Positions 1 to 8,558 of a stretch of 29,093 nucleotides of DNA are shown here, piece after piece. The notes under the pieces are model-generated. The model worked only from the letters and a program-made list of their open reading frames with translations, was not told the DNA's origin and ran no database searches. Position 1 is the stretch's first letter. Each line of letters opens with the position of its first letter. The DNA lies in contig CBDHEC010000029.1 in assembly GCA_965261975.1 (NCBI GenBank), positions 1-29,093 of the forward strand, in the 5' to 3' direction. A program made the translations under genes and the position numbers. Source of the stretch: Alphaproteobacteria bacterium. GTDB lineage: Bacteria > Pseudomonadota > Alphaproteobacteria > UBA6615.

Positions 1-1677
1 GTGCCTTCTCGATCACCTTCTCCGATGCGTAGTAGAGAGCCGAGCCGCCAATGACGGTCGAGCGTGAGCCCATGGTGCCGATGCCGAAGGCGACCCCTGT
101 CCGTGTCGCCGTCGATGACCCGAACATCGCTTGGGTCCATACCCAGCCGTTCACCGACGATCTGCTTGTACATGGTCTCATGGCCCCTGACCCTGGCTCT
201 TGGTGCCCATCAGGACCGTGGCGCTGCCGTCGGTGTTGAAGCGCACTTCCGCGAAGTCCGGCGAGGGCGATCCTGCCCGTTCGATCGGATTGGAAATTCC
301 GATGCCGCGCAGCTTGCCGCGGGTGCCTGATTCTTCCCGGCGTGCGGCGAAGCCCGGATAATCGGCCATCTCCAGGGCCTTGGCCTGGTTCTCGGTGAAG
401 GCGCCGCAATCGTAGGACAGGCCGAGCGCGGTTTTCACGGGCATGGCATCCGACGCGATCATGTTCCGGGCGCGAAGCTCTGCAGGGTCCACGCCCAGCT
501 CGCGCGCCGACTCGTCGAACATGCGTTCGATCACATAGGTCGCCTCGGGCCGCCCCGCGCCCCGGTAGGGCGCGGTCGGGTTGGTGTTCGAGTGCACCGT
601 GCGCACCGTCACATGAGCGGCCGGGATGTCGTAGACGCCGATCAATGTTCCGACATTGGCGAACACCGAAAGCAGGTTGCGGATCGCCGACAGGTAGGCC
701 CCGATATTCGCAATCGTGTTGACCCGCAGGCCAATCACGTTGTTGTCGGCATCGAACGCAAGCTCGGCCTCGGTGACGTTGTCGCGGCCATGCTCGTCGG
801 CCATGACCCGCCTCGCTGCGCTCACAATTCCATTTCACCGGCAGGCCGATCTTCCGCGATGCCCACAGGACTAGCCGATGCTCGGCATATTGCCAGCCCT
901 TGGTGCCGAAACCGCCGCCGACGTCGCGGGCGACGACCCGCATCGCCTGCTCTGGAATGCCGAAGATCTTCTCGGACAGGAGTTGACGGACCCGGTGGGG
1001 GTACTGGACATCGGCGTGGAGGGTGTAGCGGTCCTCGCGTTCGTCGTAAGCGCCGATCGCGCCACGCGGTTCCATATACTGGGCGAAGACGCGGCTGATG
1101 ACGAAGCGGCGTTTTGACAATTCTGGCAGCATTGGCGAAGGCCGCTTCGACTGCATCCGCGTCACCGGCCTGGTACTGGCCGGAGATGTTGTCGGGCGAA
1201 TCGTCCCATACCAGTGCGGCGTCGGCGTCGACGGTGTGTTCCGTATTCGTGATCGAGGGCAGGTCCCGATAATCCACCTCTATCAGCTCTGCGGCGTCGC
1301 GGGCCTGGTCGAGGGTGTCGGCGACCACGAGCGCCACCGGGTCTCCGACATAGCGAACACGGCCCAGCGCCAGAGGCGGCTGCGGCCGGTATTGCATGGG
1401 CTCACCGTCGGGGCGTTTTCCACTTGGCGGGCATGCCGGGCACGCCCAGATTGTCGGCGGCGACGTCGTCGCCGGTAAACACGCCGTGCACGCCCGGTGC
1501 GGCCTTCGCCGCGGTCGTGTCGATGGAGGTAATTTCGGCATGGGCATAGGGAGACCGCAATACGATCGCGTAAGTCTGCTGGGGCAGGTTCACATCATTG
1601 GTAAACAATCCGCGCCCGCGTAACAGCCGCGGGTCTTCCTCGCGGCGCACACCCTGGCCAACACCGAACTTTTCCAT
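1..1677 (-). pseudogene. Xanthine dehydrogenase/CoxL-family molybdopterin-binding large subunit. Interrupted by 5 +1 frameshifts (probably sequencing errors, so likely an intact CDS) and runs off the window's left edge
   Basis: N-terminus MEKFGVGQGVRREEDPRLLRGRG...LRSPYAHA, followed by VRYVGDPVALVVA, QYMEPRG, DVGGGFGTKG, the active-site loop PYRGAGRPEA, SQGQGHET and GTMGSRS. The frame is restored by removing one base from runs at 1416-1419, 1112-1115, 807-809, 184-187 and 94-97. Confidence 0.9.
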
Positions 1678-1877
1678 TTCTCACTCCGAAACTGCTGCAC
1701 ACTGTCCGGCGGATACCGGGTTTTGATGGCGTTTGTCCCGATACCTTATCAAGGATCGGTCAGCGAGCAAGGCCGCCAGGCTGATCCTGGTCGCCGACCG
1801 CTCGTTGTCAAAACGAAGATGGACCATTGTATGCGTCCCGGGCATAGTCCGCGGACGTTTCCAGCACATTATTGCGA

Positions 1878-2300
1878 ATGTCGATGTTTCGAGCCTCCGC
1901 GATCGTTTCCCTGTTTTGCCTGGCGGCCTGCGCCGGGTCTGTGACGGACCGCAGTCATAAGGTGACCGTGGTCACGGAACCGCCGAATGCGTCCTGCACG
2001 CTGGAGCGCGGCGGTGTGCGCTCGCGTTTGATTGGCGGCACACCGGTCACCTTCGTGGCAATGCGTGACGGCGGCGACATCGAGGTCGAATGTAAACTTG
2101 CGGGGCACGAGACGACCAGCGGCCACCCTGTATTCAGGGTTGGAGCCGATGTTGATCGGAAAATGTTTGTCGTTGGTGGTTTGATCGGCGGCTTGGTCGG
2201 GGTCGTTCGGGATGTCGGAACCGGCTTCGTCCATCGGTATCCGGGACGAATCACCATTGTCCCGCCGCCGCTTCCGGCAACGACGGCCGCACAACGCTAG
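1878..2300 (+). CDS. Hypothetical lipoprotein with a PEGA-like beta domain
   Basis: Hydrophobic N-terminus ending in the lipobox LAAC, a VTVVTEPPNASCTL..TP segment, and a C-terminal GGLIGGLVG..D..TG...YP glycine-rich segment. Alternative starts are TTG 1872 and ATG 1878. Confidence 0.7.
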   Translation: MSMFRASAIVSLFCLAACAGSVTDRSHKVTVVTEPPNASCTLERGGVRSRLIGGTPVTFVAMRDGGDIEVECKLAGHETTSGHPVFRVGADVDRKMFVVGGLIGGLVGVVRDVGTGFVHRYPGRITIVPPPLPATTAAQR

Positions 2301-2316
2301 GCCGGTTGCGAGACGG

Positions 2317-3147
2317 CTAGCGCACGATCCGGTTGGTCAGGGTGCCGATGCCCTCGATCGTGACGGTGACGACGTCCCCGTCGTCGAGCGACGAGGTGCG
2401 GCCCGGTGTCCCCATGAAGATCATGTCCCCCGGATTGAGGGTGAAATACCGGCTGAGATAGCTCACGACCTTGGCCGGTTTTGTGGATCATGTTCCGGGT
2501 GTTCTCCTGTTGCACGATCTCGCCATTGAGACGGGTTGTGAGCAGTACATTGTTCGCATCTAGTCCCGTCACCAGCGCCGGGCCCACGGGGCCGAACCCG
2601 TCGGCGGCCTTGGCGCGCATCCATTGCAGATCGCGGCCCTGCCAGCTGCGCTCGGTCAGGTCGTTGCCGGCGGTCAGGCCGAAGACATAGTCCATCGCGT
2701 CTGCCTCCGAGACATTTCCTGGCTCGCTTGCCGATGATCAGCACCAGCTCGCCCTCGAAATGCACGTTGTTGGCGTCGGGAATCAGTTCGATGTCGCTAC
2801 CACTGCCGGTCAGGGAGGTCGGCAGCTTCAGGAACAGCGGCGGCGGGCGGTCGGACGCCGAAGACATATGGCTGGCAAAATTCATCCCGACGGCGAAAAA
2901 CCTTGCCCGCGTCGGACGGTGGCAGCAGTTCGACGCTGTCGAGCGCAACGGTCTTCCCGGTGGTCTTCGCGCCCTTGATCGGATCGCCGTCAAGCATGGC
3001 AATCGTCGCCCCGTCGAGGATGCCAAAACCTGTCTGGCCGTTCTGGACGAAGCGGACATATTTGGTGGTCGCGTCCTGTGCCAGGGCCATGGGCCCGGCG
3101 GCCATGAGGCCGAGGACGAGAAATCCGGATACCAGGAACGAGCGCAT
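2317..3147 (-). pseudogene. Fumarylacetoacetate hydrolase (FAH) family protein with an N-terminal signal peptide. Contains 3 +1 frameshifts, probably sequencing errors
   Basis: The reconstruction gives KVFAVGMNF, PPLFLK, HFEGELVLIIGK, GNDLTER, WMRAKAADGFGPVGP and LNPGDMIFMGTPG...IEGIGTLTNRIVR* (TAG 2319-2317). Extra bases lie in runs at 2896-2900, 2715-2717 and 2479-2482. A GGAGG RBS precedes ATG 3147. Confidence 0.88.
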
Positions 3148-3247
3148 CACCGCGCCTCCATTGTTGACGTGAAATCTTCTTTTCGGTGACGGAAACTAGC
3201 ACGCGCGCGATGTTGCGCCAGACCGCCAAGCGCGGCAGGATCGGCCC

Positions 3248-4114
3248 ATGAAATTCGAGCTGAAACTTGTTGCGCGGTTCCTGTTGGCGGGGGCCGCGCT
3301 CGCCATTTTTCCTTCCCTCGTGCAGGGGGATGAGCCCATCCCGGTCTTCGATGGACATGTCCACTACAACGAGGATGCGACCGTCGCCTACAGTCCGGCC
3401 CAGATCATCGCAAAGATGAGCAAGGCAGGCGTGCCCCGCGCACTGGTGTCGAGCACCTCGGACGACAACACGTTGGCGCTGTTGGATGAAGGTGGGACGG
3501 GACAGGTGGTGCCGTTTCTGCGGCCTTATGGGGGCCAATTCCATCGAGGCAACTGGTTTGAACATCCCGATATGCTGGCCTACTTGCGATCCCGCTGGGA
3601 TCCGGCGCGCTATGCGGGCATCGGCGAATTCCATGTGCACCGACCGGGCAGTGCGGATACCGAGATCGTGCGGGCGGTGGCGCGGATGACGACTGATTCT
3701 GGACGCATGCTGCATGTGGATGGCAACTCCGAGGCCGTTGAAACAATCTTCGCCCACACGCCGGATGCGCTGATCCGCTGGGCCCATGCCGGGCTCGTGG
3801 ATCCGCCGGAGGTGATCAATCGGACGCTGGCGCGCCACGAGAATCTCTGGGCGGAAATTTCGATCCGCGGCTTTGAAATTGCGCCGGGTGGCCGCCTCGA
3901 CCCGGAATGGCCCGCGCTCTTCGAGCGTTTCCCCGATCGAATCATGACCGGGTCCGACACCTATGTGACCTCACAGTGGGATGGGTATGGGGACATCATT
4001 AACCGTCACCGGGGCTGGCTCGCCCAGTTACCGGCGGATGTCCGACGTGCCATCGCGTATGGGAATGCCGTACGGCTTTTCGGCTCGGGAGGGATCGCGG
4101 CACTCGAAGAATAG
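3248..4114 (+). CDS. Amidohydrolase-family (TIM barrel) metal-dependent hydrolase, probably exported
   Basis: Motifs DGHVHY, GIGEFH, WAHAG and MTGSD, with a C-terminal IAYGNAVRLF. The N-terminus is hydrophobic and signal-like. Confidence 0.85.
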   Translation: MKFELKLVARFLLAGAALAIFPSLVQGDEPIPVFDGHVHYNEDATVAYSPAQIIAKMSKAGVPRALVSSTSDDNTLALLDEGGTGQVVPFLRPYGGQFHRGNWFEHPDMLAYLRSRWDPARYAGIGEFHVHRPGSADTEIVRAVARMTTDSGRMLHVDGNSEAVETIFAHTPDALIRWAHAGLVDPPEVINRTLARHENLWAEISIRGFEIAPGGRLDPEWPALFERFPDRIMTGSDTYVTSQWDGYGDIINRHRGWLAQLPADVRRAIAYGNAVRLFGSGGIAALEE

Positions 4115-4354
4115 AAACATGCAGGACCACCGGATCTACCGGCAAGTCTGTGGGTTTCTGATGATGCCGATGTCGCGAAGACCTCGGAGTCCTTGCGCGG
4201 CTAGGGCACTTTCACCGGCGGCACCGGAGTTTTGCCCGTTCGACGTCTCGCATCTGACGTCCGGCGTGGCTATGCTGCCGCCATGTTTATGCCGGACCGG
4301 GTCCGGGACCAATAATTTTGCCCCGTCGGGGCGAACCAAGGGGGAGTGAAGTCC

Positions 4355-5374
4355 ATGACCGATATCAGCAATGCAGCGAAACGCCAGATTGGTGGCAGTG
4401 ACCTGAAATGTGCGCCGGTGGGACTGGGCTGTATGTCCCTTTCCGGGGTGTATGGTGCTGCCGACGACGACGAGAATGTGAAATTCGTCCGTTACGCGAT
4501 CGACCAGGGCGCCGATTTCCTGGATTCCTCCGACATGTATGGCTGGGGTCATAACGAAGAGGTGCTCGCGCGGGTGCTCGCCGACGGCTACCGGGACAAG
4601 GTCGTGCTGGCGACCAAGTTCGGCCAGACCCAGCTCGAGGGCGGCGGCATGGGCGTGAACGGGCGCCCGGAATATGTCGCGGAAGCCTGCGATAAGAGCC
4701 TGCAGCGCCTCGGGATCGATGTGATCGATCTCTACTATCAGCACCGCGTCGATCAGGAGGTCCCCATCGAGGACACGGTCGGTGCCATGGCGAAGCTGGT
4801 CGAGGCCGGCAAGGTGCGTGCGATCGGCATTTGCGAAGCCAAGCCCGACACGATCCGGCGTGCACATGCGACACATCCGCTGGCTGCGGTGCAGAGCGAA
4901 TTCTCGATCCTCTATCGTGAGGAGGCCGAACAGATTCGCGCCGCGACCAGCGAGCTCGGCATCTCCTTCGTCGCCTACTCGCCGCTCGGTCGTGGTCTGC
5001 TGACAGACAACTTCATCAACGCCGAGACGGTGCCGGAGGATGATCCGCATTATCGTCACCCGCGTTTCGCCCAGGGCAACTTCCAGCAGAATCGCGAACT
5101 CGCGCTTCGTGTCGCCGAATTCGCAGCTCAGAAGAACTGCACGCCGGCGCAGGTGGTGCTGGCCTGGCTGCTGGGGCAGGGCGACGACGTGATCGCCATT
5201 CCGGGCACCAAGCGGGCCGAGCGGTTCGATGAGAATATGGGCGCGCTGAATGTCACCTTGTCGGCGGACGAGCTGGCGGCGATGTCCGACGCGGTGCCGG
5301 TCGGCGCGGCCGCGGGCACGCGCTATCCGGAGCCGCAGATGAAGAAGGTGTTTGTGGACTCCGCCGCCAACTAG
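4355..5374 (+). CDS. Aldo/keto reductase
   Basis: Motifs GLGCMSLS, DSSDMYG, LATKFG, IDLYYQHRVD, AYSPLGRG and IPGTK. ATG 4355 follows a GGGGAG RBS; GTG 4346 is an alternative start. Confidence 0.95.
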   Translation: MTDISNAAKRQIGGSDLKCAPVGLGCMSLSGVYGAADDDENVKFVRYAIDQGADFLDSSDMYGWGHNEEVLARVLADGYRDKVVLATKFGQTQLEGGGMGVNGRPEYVAEACDKSLQRLGIDVIDLYYQHRVDQEVPIEDTVGAMAKLVEAGKVRAIGICEAKPDTIRRAHATHPLAAVQSEFSILYREEAEQIRAATSELGISFVAYSPLGRGLLTDNFINAETVPEDDPHYRHPRFAQGNFQQNRELALRVAEFAAQKNCTPAQVVLAWLLGQGDDVIAIPGTKRAERFDENMGALNVTLSADELAAMSDAVPVGAAAGTRYPEPQMKKVFVDSAAN

Positions 5375-6651
5375 CGCTCGTCACGCCGCGCTTCGGCGGA
5401 TGGCGGTACGTCCGCGACCCGGCGATAGGCGAGGAGTGCCAGCAGCAGGGTGATCACCAGCGCACCGAACATGGTGCGGTAGGCGATCGCCGGGCTGCGG
5501 CCCAGTTCGTCGACCGGGAAGGCGTCGAGGATCGCGCCGGTTCCCATTTGCATGATGAAGACACCCGACCATGTGCAGAGGTTGATCGCGGTGAAGACCC
5601 GTCCTGAGTGAGTGTCGGGGAACAGGCTGCGGGCGTGGGCGAAGATGGGCGGCGCCATCGGGGCAAAGAGCGCGAACCCGCACAATAATATTGCGACGAT
5701 CAGTACGGATTCGCTGCTGTTGATCGCGAGTGCGGCGGTCATGGTGGTGAAGGCCAGCATGCCGCAGGTGACGACGCCGCGCCGGGTATCGAACTTGCGG
5801 TCGAGCGGCCCATAGAGCACTGCGGCGATGATCCAGGCCAAGGACACCGCGAAAATGACATTGCCGCGGGCGACTATGTCGAGCTCGAACACATCGTTCA
5901 GGTAGGGGCCGATCCAGAGGTTGCGTACGGTCACTAGGGCCCCGACCGATGCGGCCGTGATTGCGGCAAACGAATAGATACGTTTGTCGCGCAGGATGTG
6001 ACGCACGCCGATGATGGTCTCGAGCAGGGTCTCGCTGCTGGCTGGCGGGGGGACGTCGTCCGGTCTATCCCGCACCATCACCAGGAGCGCGACCGCCACC
6101 GCGAGTGAAAACAGGCCGACGACCAGCAGGCTTACCCGCCATCCGTAAAGCTCGACGGCGGCGGCGAAGGGGGAGGCGGAGAGCAGCATGCCCGCGCCGC
6201 CAACCGCGATCGAGATGGCCGTACCCGTCGCCAGCCGGTCGCGGGCGATCCAGCGCGACAACAGCACGATCACGCCCATGAACACCGGTGCCGCCCCGCA
6301 GCCGATCAGGAACAGACCGAGGGCCAGCGTGAGTACACCCTGTGCCGCCGAGAATACGATCGAGCCCAGGGCGGCCAACGAGAAGAGGGCGGCCATGGTG
6401 CGTCGTGGGCCGAACTTGTCGAGAAAAACACCGACCGGGAGCTGCATCAATGCTGCACCCAGGAATATCGCGGCCGGCAGGCTGGAAAGTTCACCCGGCG
6501 TCAGCCCGAGCTCGGTACGCAGGTTCGGCGCGATGACCGCCGGGGCCGAGCGTAGAAAGTGAGCCAGAATGAAGGTGACGGCCAGCACCGGTGCCATGCG
6601 GATGATCGCCGCGCGACGGCTATACGGTGCGGGCCTTGTGTCGTTGGGCAT
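5371..6651 (-). CDS. MFS transporter
   Basis: About 12 hydrophobic segments, with MFS motif A-like GVFLDKFGPRR and its repeat GPLDRKFDTRR. Its stop overlaps the AKR stop (CTAG 5371-5374). Confidence 0.92.
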   Translation of the reverse strand: MPNDTRPAPYSRRAAIIRMAPVLAVTFILAHFLRSAPAVIAPNLRTELGLTPGELSSLPAAIFLGAALMQLPVGVFLDKFGPRRTMAALFSLAALGSIVFSAAQGVLTLALGLFLIGCGAAPVFMGVIVLLSRWIARDRLATGTAISIAVGGAGMLLSASPFAAAVELYGWRVSLLVVGLFSLAVAVALLVMVRDRPDDVPPPASSETLLETIIGVRHILRDKRIYSFAAITAASVGALVTVRNLWIGPYLNDVFELDIVARGNVIFAVSLAWIIAAVLYGPLDRKFDTRRGVVTCGMLAFTTMTAALAINSSESVLIVAILLCGFALFAPMAPPIFAHARSLFPDTHSGRVFTAINLCTWSGVFIMQMGTGAILDAFPVDELGRSPAIAYRTMFGALVITLLLALLAYRRVADVPPSAEARRDER

Positions 6652-6694
6652 CGGACCATTCTGGGCGCTTGCGTGACGGCGGAAGGAGGCGATT

Positions 6695-6720
6695 CGGCCG
6701 GGCGTTTCACCGCCCGGCCG
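6695..6720 (-). terminator. Perfect 10-bp GC hairpin between hydantoinase B and the MFS gene (terminator-like or RNA-stabilising)
   Basis: CGGCCGGGCG-tttcac-CGCCCGGCCG, about 25 nt past the 6745 stop. There is no U-tract, so it is not a canonical intrinsic terminator. Confidence 0.45.
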
Positions 6721-6744
6721 CTACGACATCATCCGCGATATGCG

Positions 6745-8544
6745 TCAGGTCGCGCGGGCTTCGCGCAGTTCCTTGCGGCGCGCTTCCGTGGCGGCTTCGT
6801 CGACCTCCAGAGATTCATCGTCGATTTCGCCGGTGAAGATGACCCCGTAGATGTCGTTCGCCTTCTCCAGGGTCTCCCAGCCCTCCAGCACATCCACGAT
6901 GACCCGCTCGGTCTCGCGTTCGAGCGGATCGCCATAGCCGCCGCCGGCGGAGTCCCGGCCGCGGACGCGCTGGCCCGGATTTATGGTGAGCTGGACGACG
7001 TTCGGCATCCGCTGCGGTTGGGCTTCGTCCTCGATGAGCCAGGTCTCTCCCGATGTGCCCGGCAGGCCGCCGAGCACCCCGCGCGGCTGCGCGTGCTGGC
7101 CGTCGCAGGAGATCACGGCCATCATCGGCGCGTGGGTCGGCCCATACTCGATCTGCTGGGCCGGGGCGCCGCGGCGTCGACCCGCACCGGCGGAATCCGT
7201 GACGAGTTGGAGCGATTCTACCCGGATCGGATGCTTGAGTTCATCCACCTCGACCGAATCCCGGTACATTAGCCCGGCGATCACCGGGATCGCATAGTTG
7301 ACCCAGCCGTCGGCCTCGGCACTGGCCGGGCCGCCGTTGGTCGACAGCATGAGCCGGTTCACATAAGGCTCGGGCTCGCGCCGCAAATCCTGGCCCGAGA
7401 TCACGGCCATGCCGGCACCGAGCCCTGCGCCGCCCTCTGACAGGCCCATGCCGTCCCCCAGCTGCGCGAAGGCGGACTGGGTGATGTTGACCAGCCGCTC
7501 GGAGACGTTGGTGGTCGACACCGAGCAGGAGTGGGGGAAGGTCGGTGCGGCGACGACGCTGTCCTCGGCATACTGGAACTCCAGCCGCCGGAAGGCGCCC
7601 TCGTTGCGCGGCAAATCCTTGTCGAGCGCATTGAAGATGGCGCCCACCACGGCCGAGGTGGCCGACCCGAGCGACGTGTTCAGGCCGGCGTCGACCGACG
7701 GCGGGTTGTCGCGCAGGTCGACGTTGATTTTGCCCTCGTCCGGGTCGATGTCGATCTTGACCGTCAGCTCAAGGCCGTCGGGCAGCATGCCCTCGAGGGG
7801 GTCGGAGCGTCCCTTGTTGACGAGGCTCGCCTTGGGCAGCTTGCGGATGTTGTCGATCATGCGGCGCTCGGAATAGTCGAACCATTCGCGCATGAAGGTC
7901 TTGACCGTCTCCTTGCCGTATTTCTCGCAGAACGCCTCGAGCCTGCGCTCGGCGACCCGCGCCGAGCCCAGCCCGGCGAGATAGTCGCCATACCATTGGT
8001 CGGGCACCCGGATTCGCGCCCGGCACATGCGCATGATGTCCTCGACATTCTCGAAGTCACGCTGGATGCGCACGCCGGGGAAGACGAGCGCACCCTCCTC
8101 ATAGACGTCGCGGGCGCGCACGAAATAGCTCGACGGGATCGAGTTGCCGATATCCGCCATGTGGCATTTCGAGACGGCGGTGAAGAGATGTTCGCCTTCG
8201 AAGAAGACCGGCACCATGAAGGTGTGATCGGCCGGATGGGTGTTGCCGCCATAGGGGTCGTTGTCGAGATAGGCGTCGCCGCGCTGGATATCACCTTCGT
8301 GATATTTGCGCATGTTCGCCGTCTGGATGTGACAGCCGAAGATGTGCACCGGCAGGCCTTCGGCGGGTGCGAGCAGTTCGTCCTGGCCGGTGACAAGGCA
8401 ACAGGAGAAGTCGCGCGCCGACGAGATCACGGCGGATCGCGCCGAGCGCAGCAGGGTGTTGGTCATCTCGCGAACGATCCCGTCGAGGCGGTTCGCCATT
8501 ACCGAGATCAGGACGGGGTCGAGTGTGGTCTTTGGTTCGGACAT
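6745..8544 (-). CDS. Hydantoinase B/oxoprolinase family subunit (HyuB-like)
   Basis: MSEPKTTLDPVLISV, ARDFSC, GLPVH, NDPYGGNTHPAD, HMADIG and GAGRRRG...GGGYGDPLER. ATG 8544 follows a GGAGG RBS; the ORF-track start at 8844 is over-extended. Confidence 0.93.
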   Translation of the reverse strand: MSEPKTTLDPVLISVMANRLDGIVREMTNTLLRSARSAVISSARDFSCCLVTGQDELLAPAEGLPVHIFGCHIQTANMRKYHEGDIQRGDAYLDNDPYGGNTHPADHTFMVPVFFEGEHLFTAVSKCHMADIGNSIPSSYFVRARDVYEEGALVFPGVRIQRDFENVEDIMRMCRARIRVPDQWYGDYLAGLGSARVAERRLEAFCEKYGKETVKTFMREWFDYSERRMIDNIRKLPKASLVNKGRSDPLEGMLPDGLELTVKIDIDPDEGKINVDLRDNPPSVDAGLNTSLGSATSAVVGAIFNALDKDLPRNEGAFRRLEFQYAEDSVVAAPTFPHSCSVSTTNVSERLVNITQSAFAQLGDGMGLSEGGAGLGAGMAVISGQDLRREPEPYVNRLMLSTNGGPASAEADGWVNYAIPVIAGLMYRDSVEVDELKHPIRVESLQLVTDSAGAGRRRGAPAQQIEYGPTHAPMMAVISCDGQHAQPRGVLGGLPGTSGETWLIEDEAQPQRMPNVVQLTINPGQRVRGRDSAGGGYGDPLERETERVIVDVLEGWETLEKANDIYGVIFTGEIDDESLEVDEAATEARRKELREARAT

Positions 8545-8558
8545 GTCGTCCTCCCTTA

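Noticed and set aside
1738-1759. Imperfect palindrome CCGAT-a-CCTT-atc-AAGG-ATCGG upstream of the Mo-hydroxylase gene
   Set aside because: It could be an operator, but it is imperfect and lies in the error-prone region, so support is insufficient.
94-2900. Programmed frameshifting or phase variation as the cause of the broken frames
   Set aside because: The runs are only 3-5 nt, of mixed base type, with several per gene and confined to one end of the window. Sequencing error is the simpler explanation.
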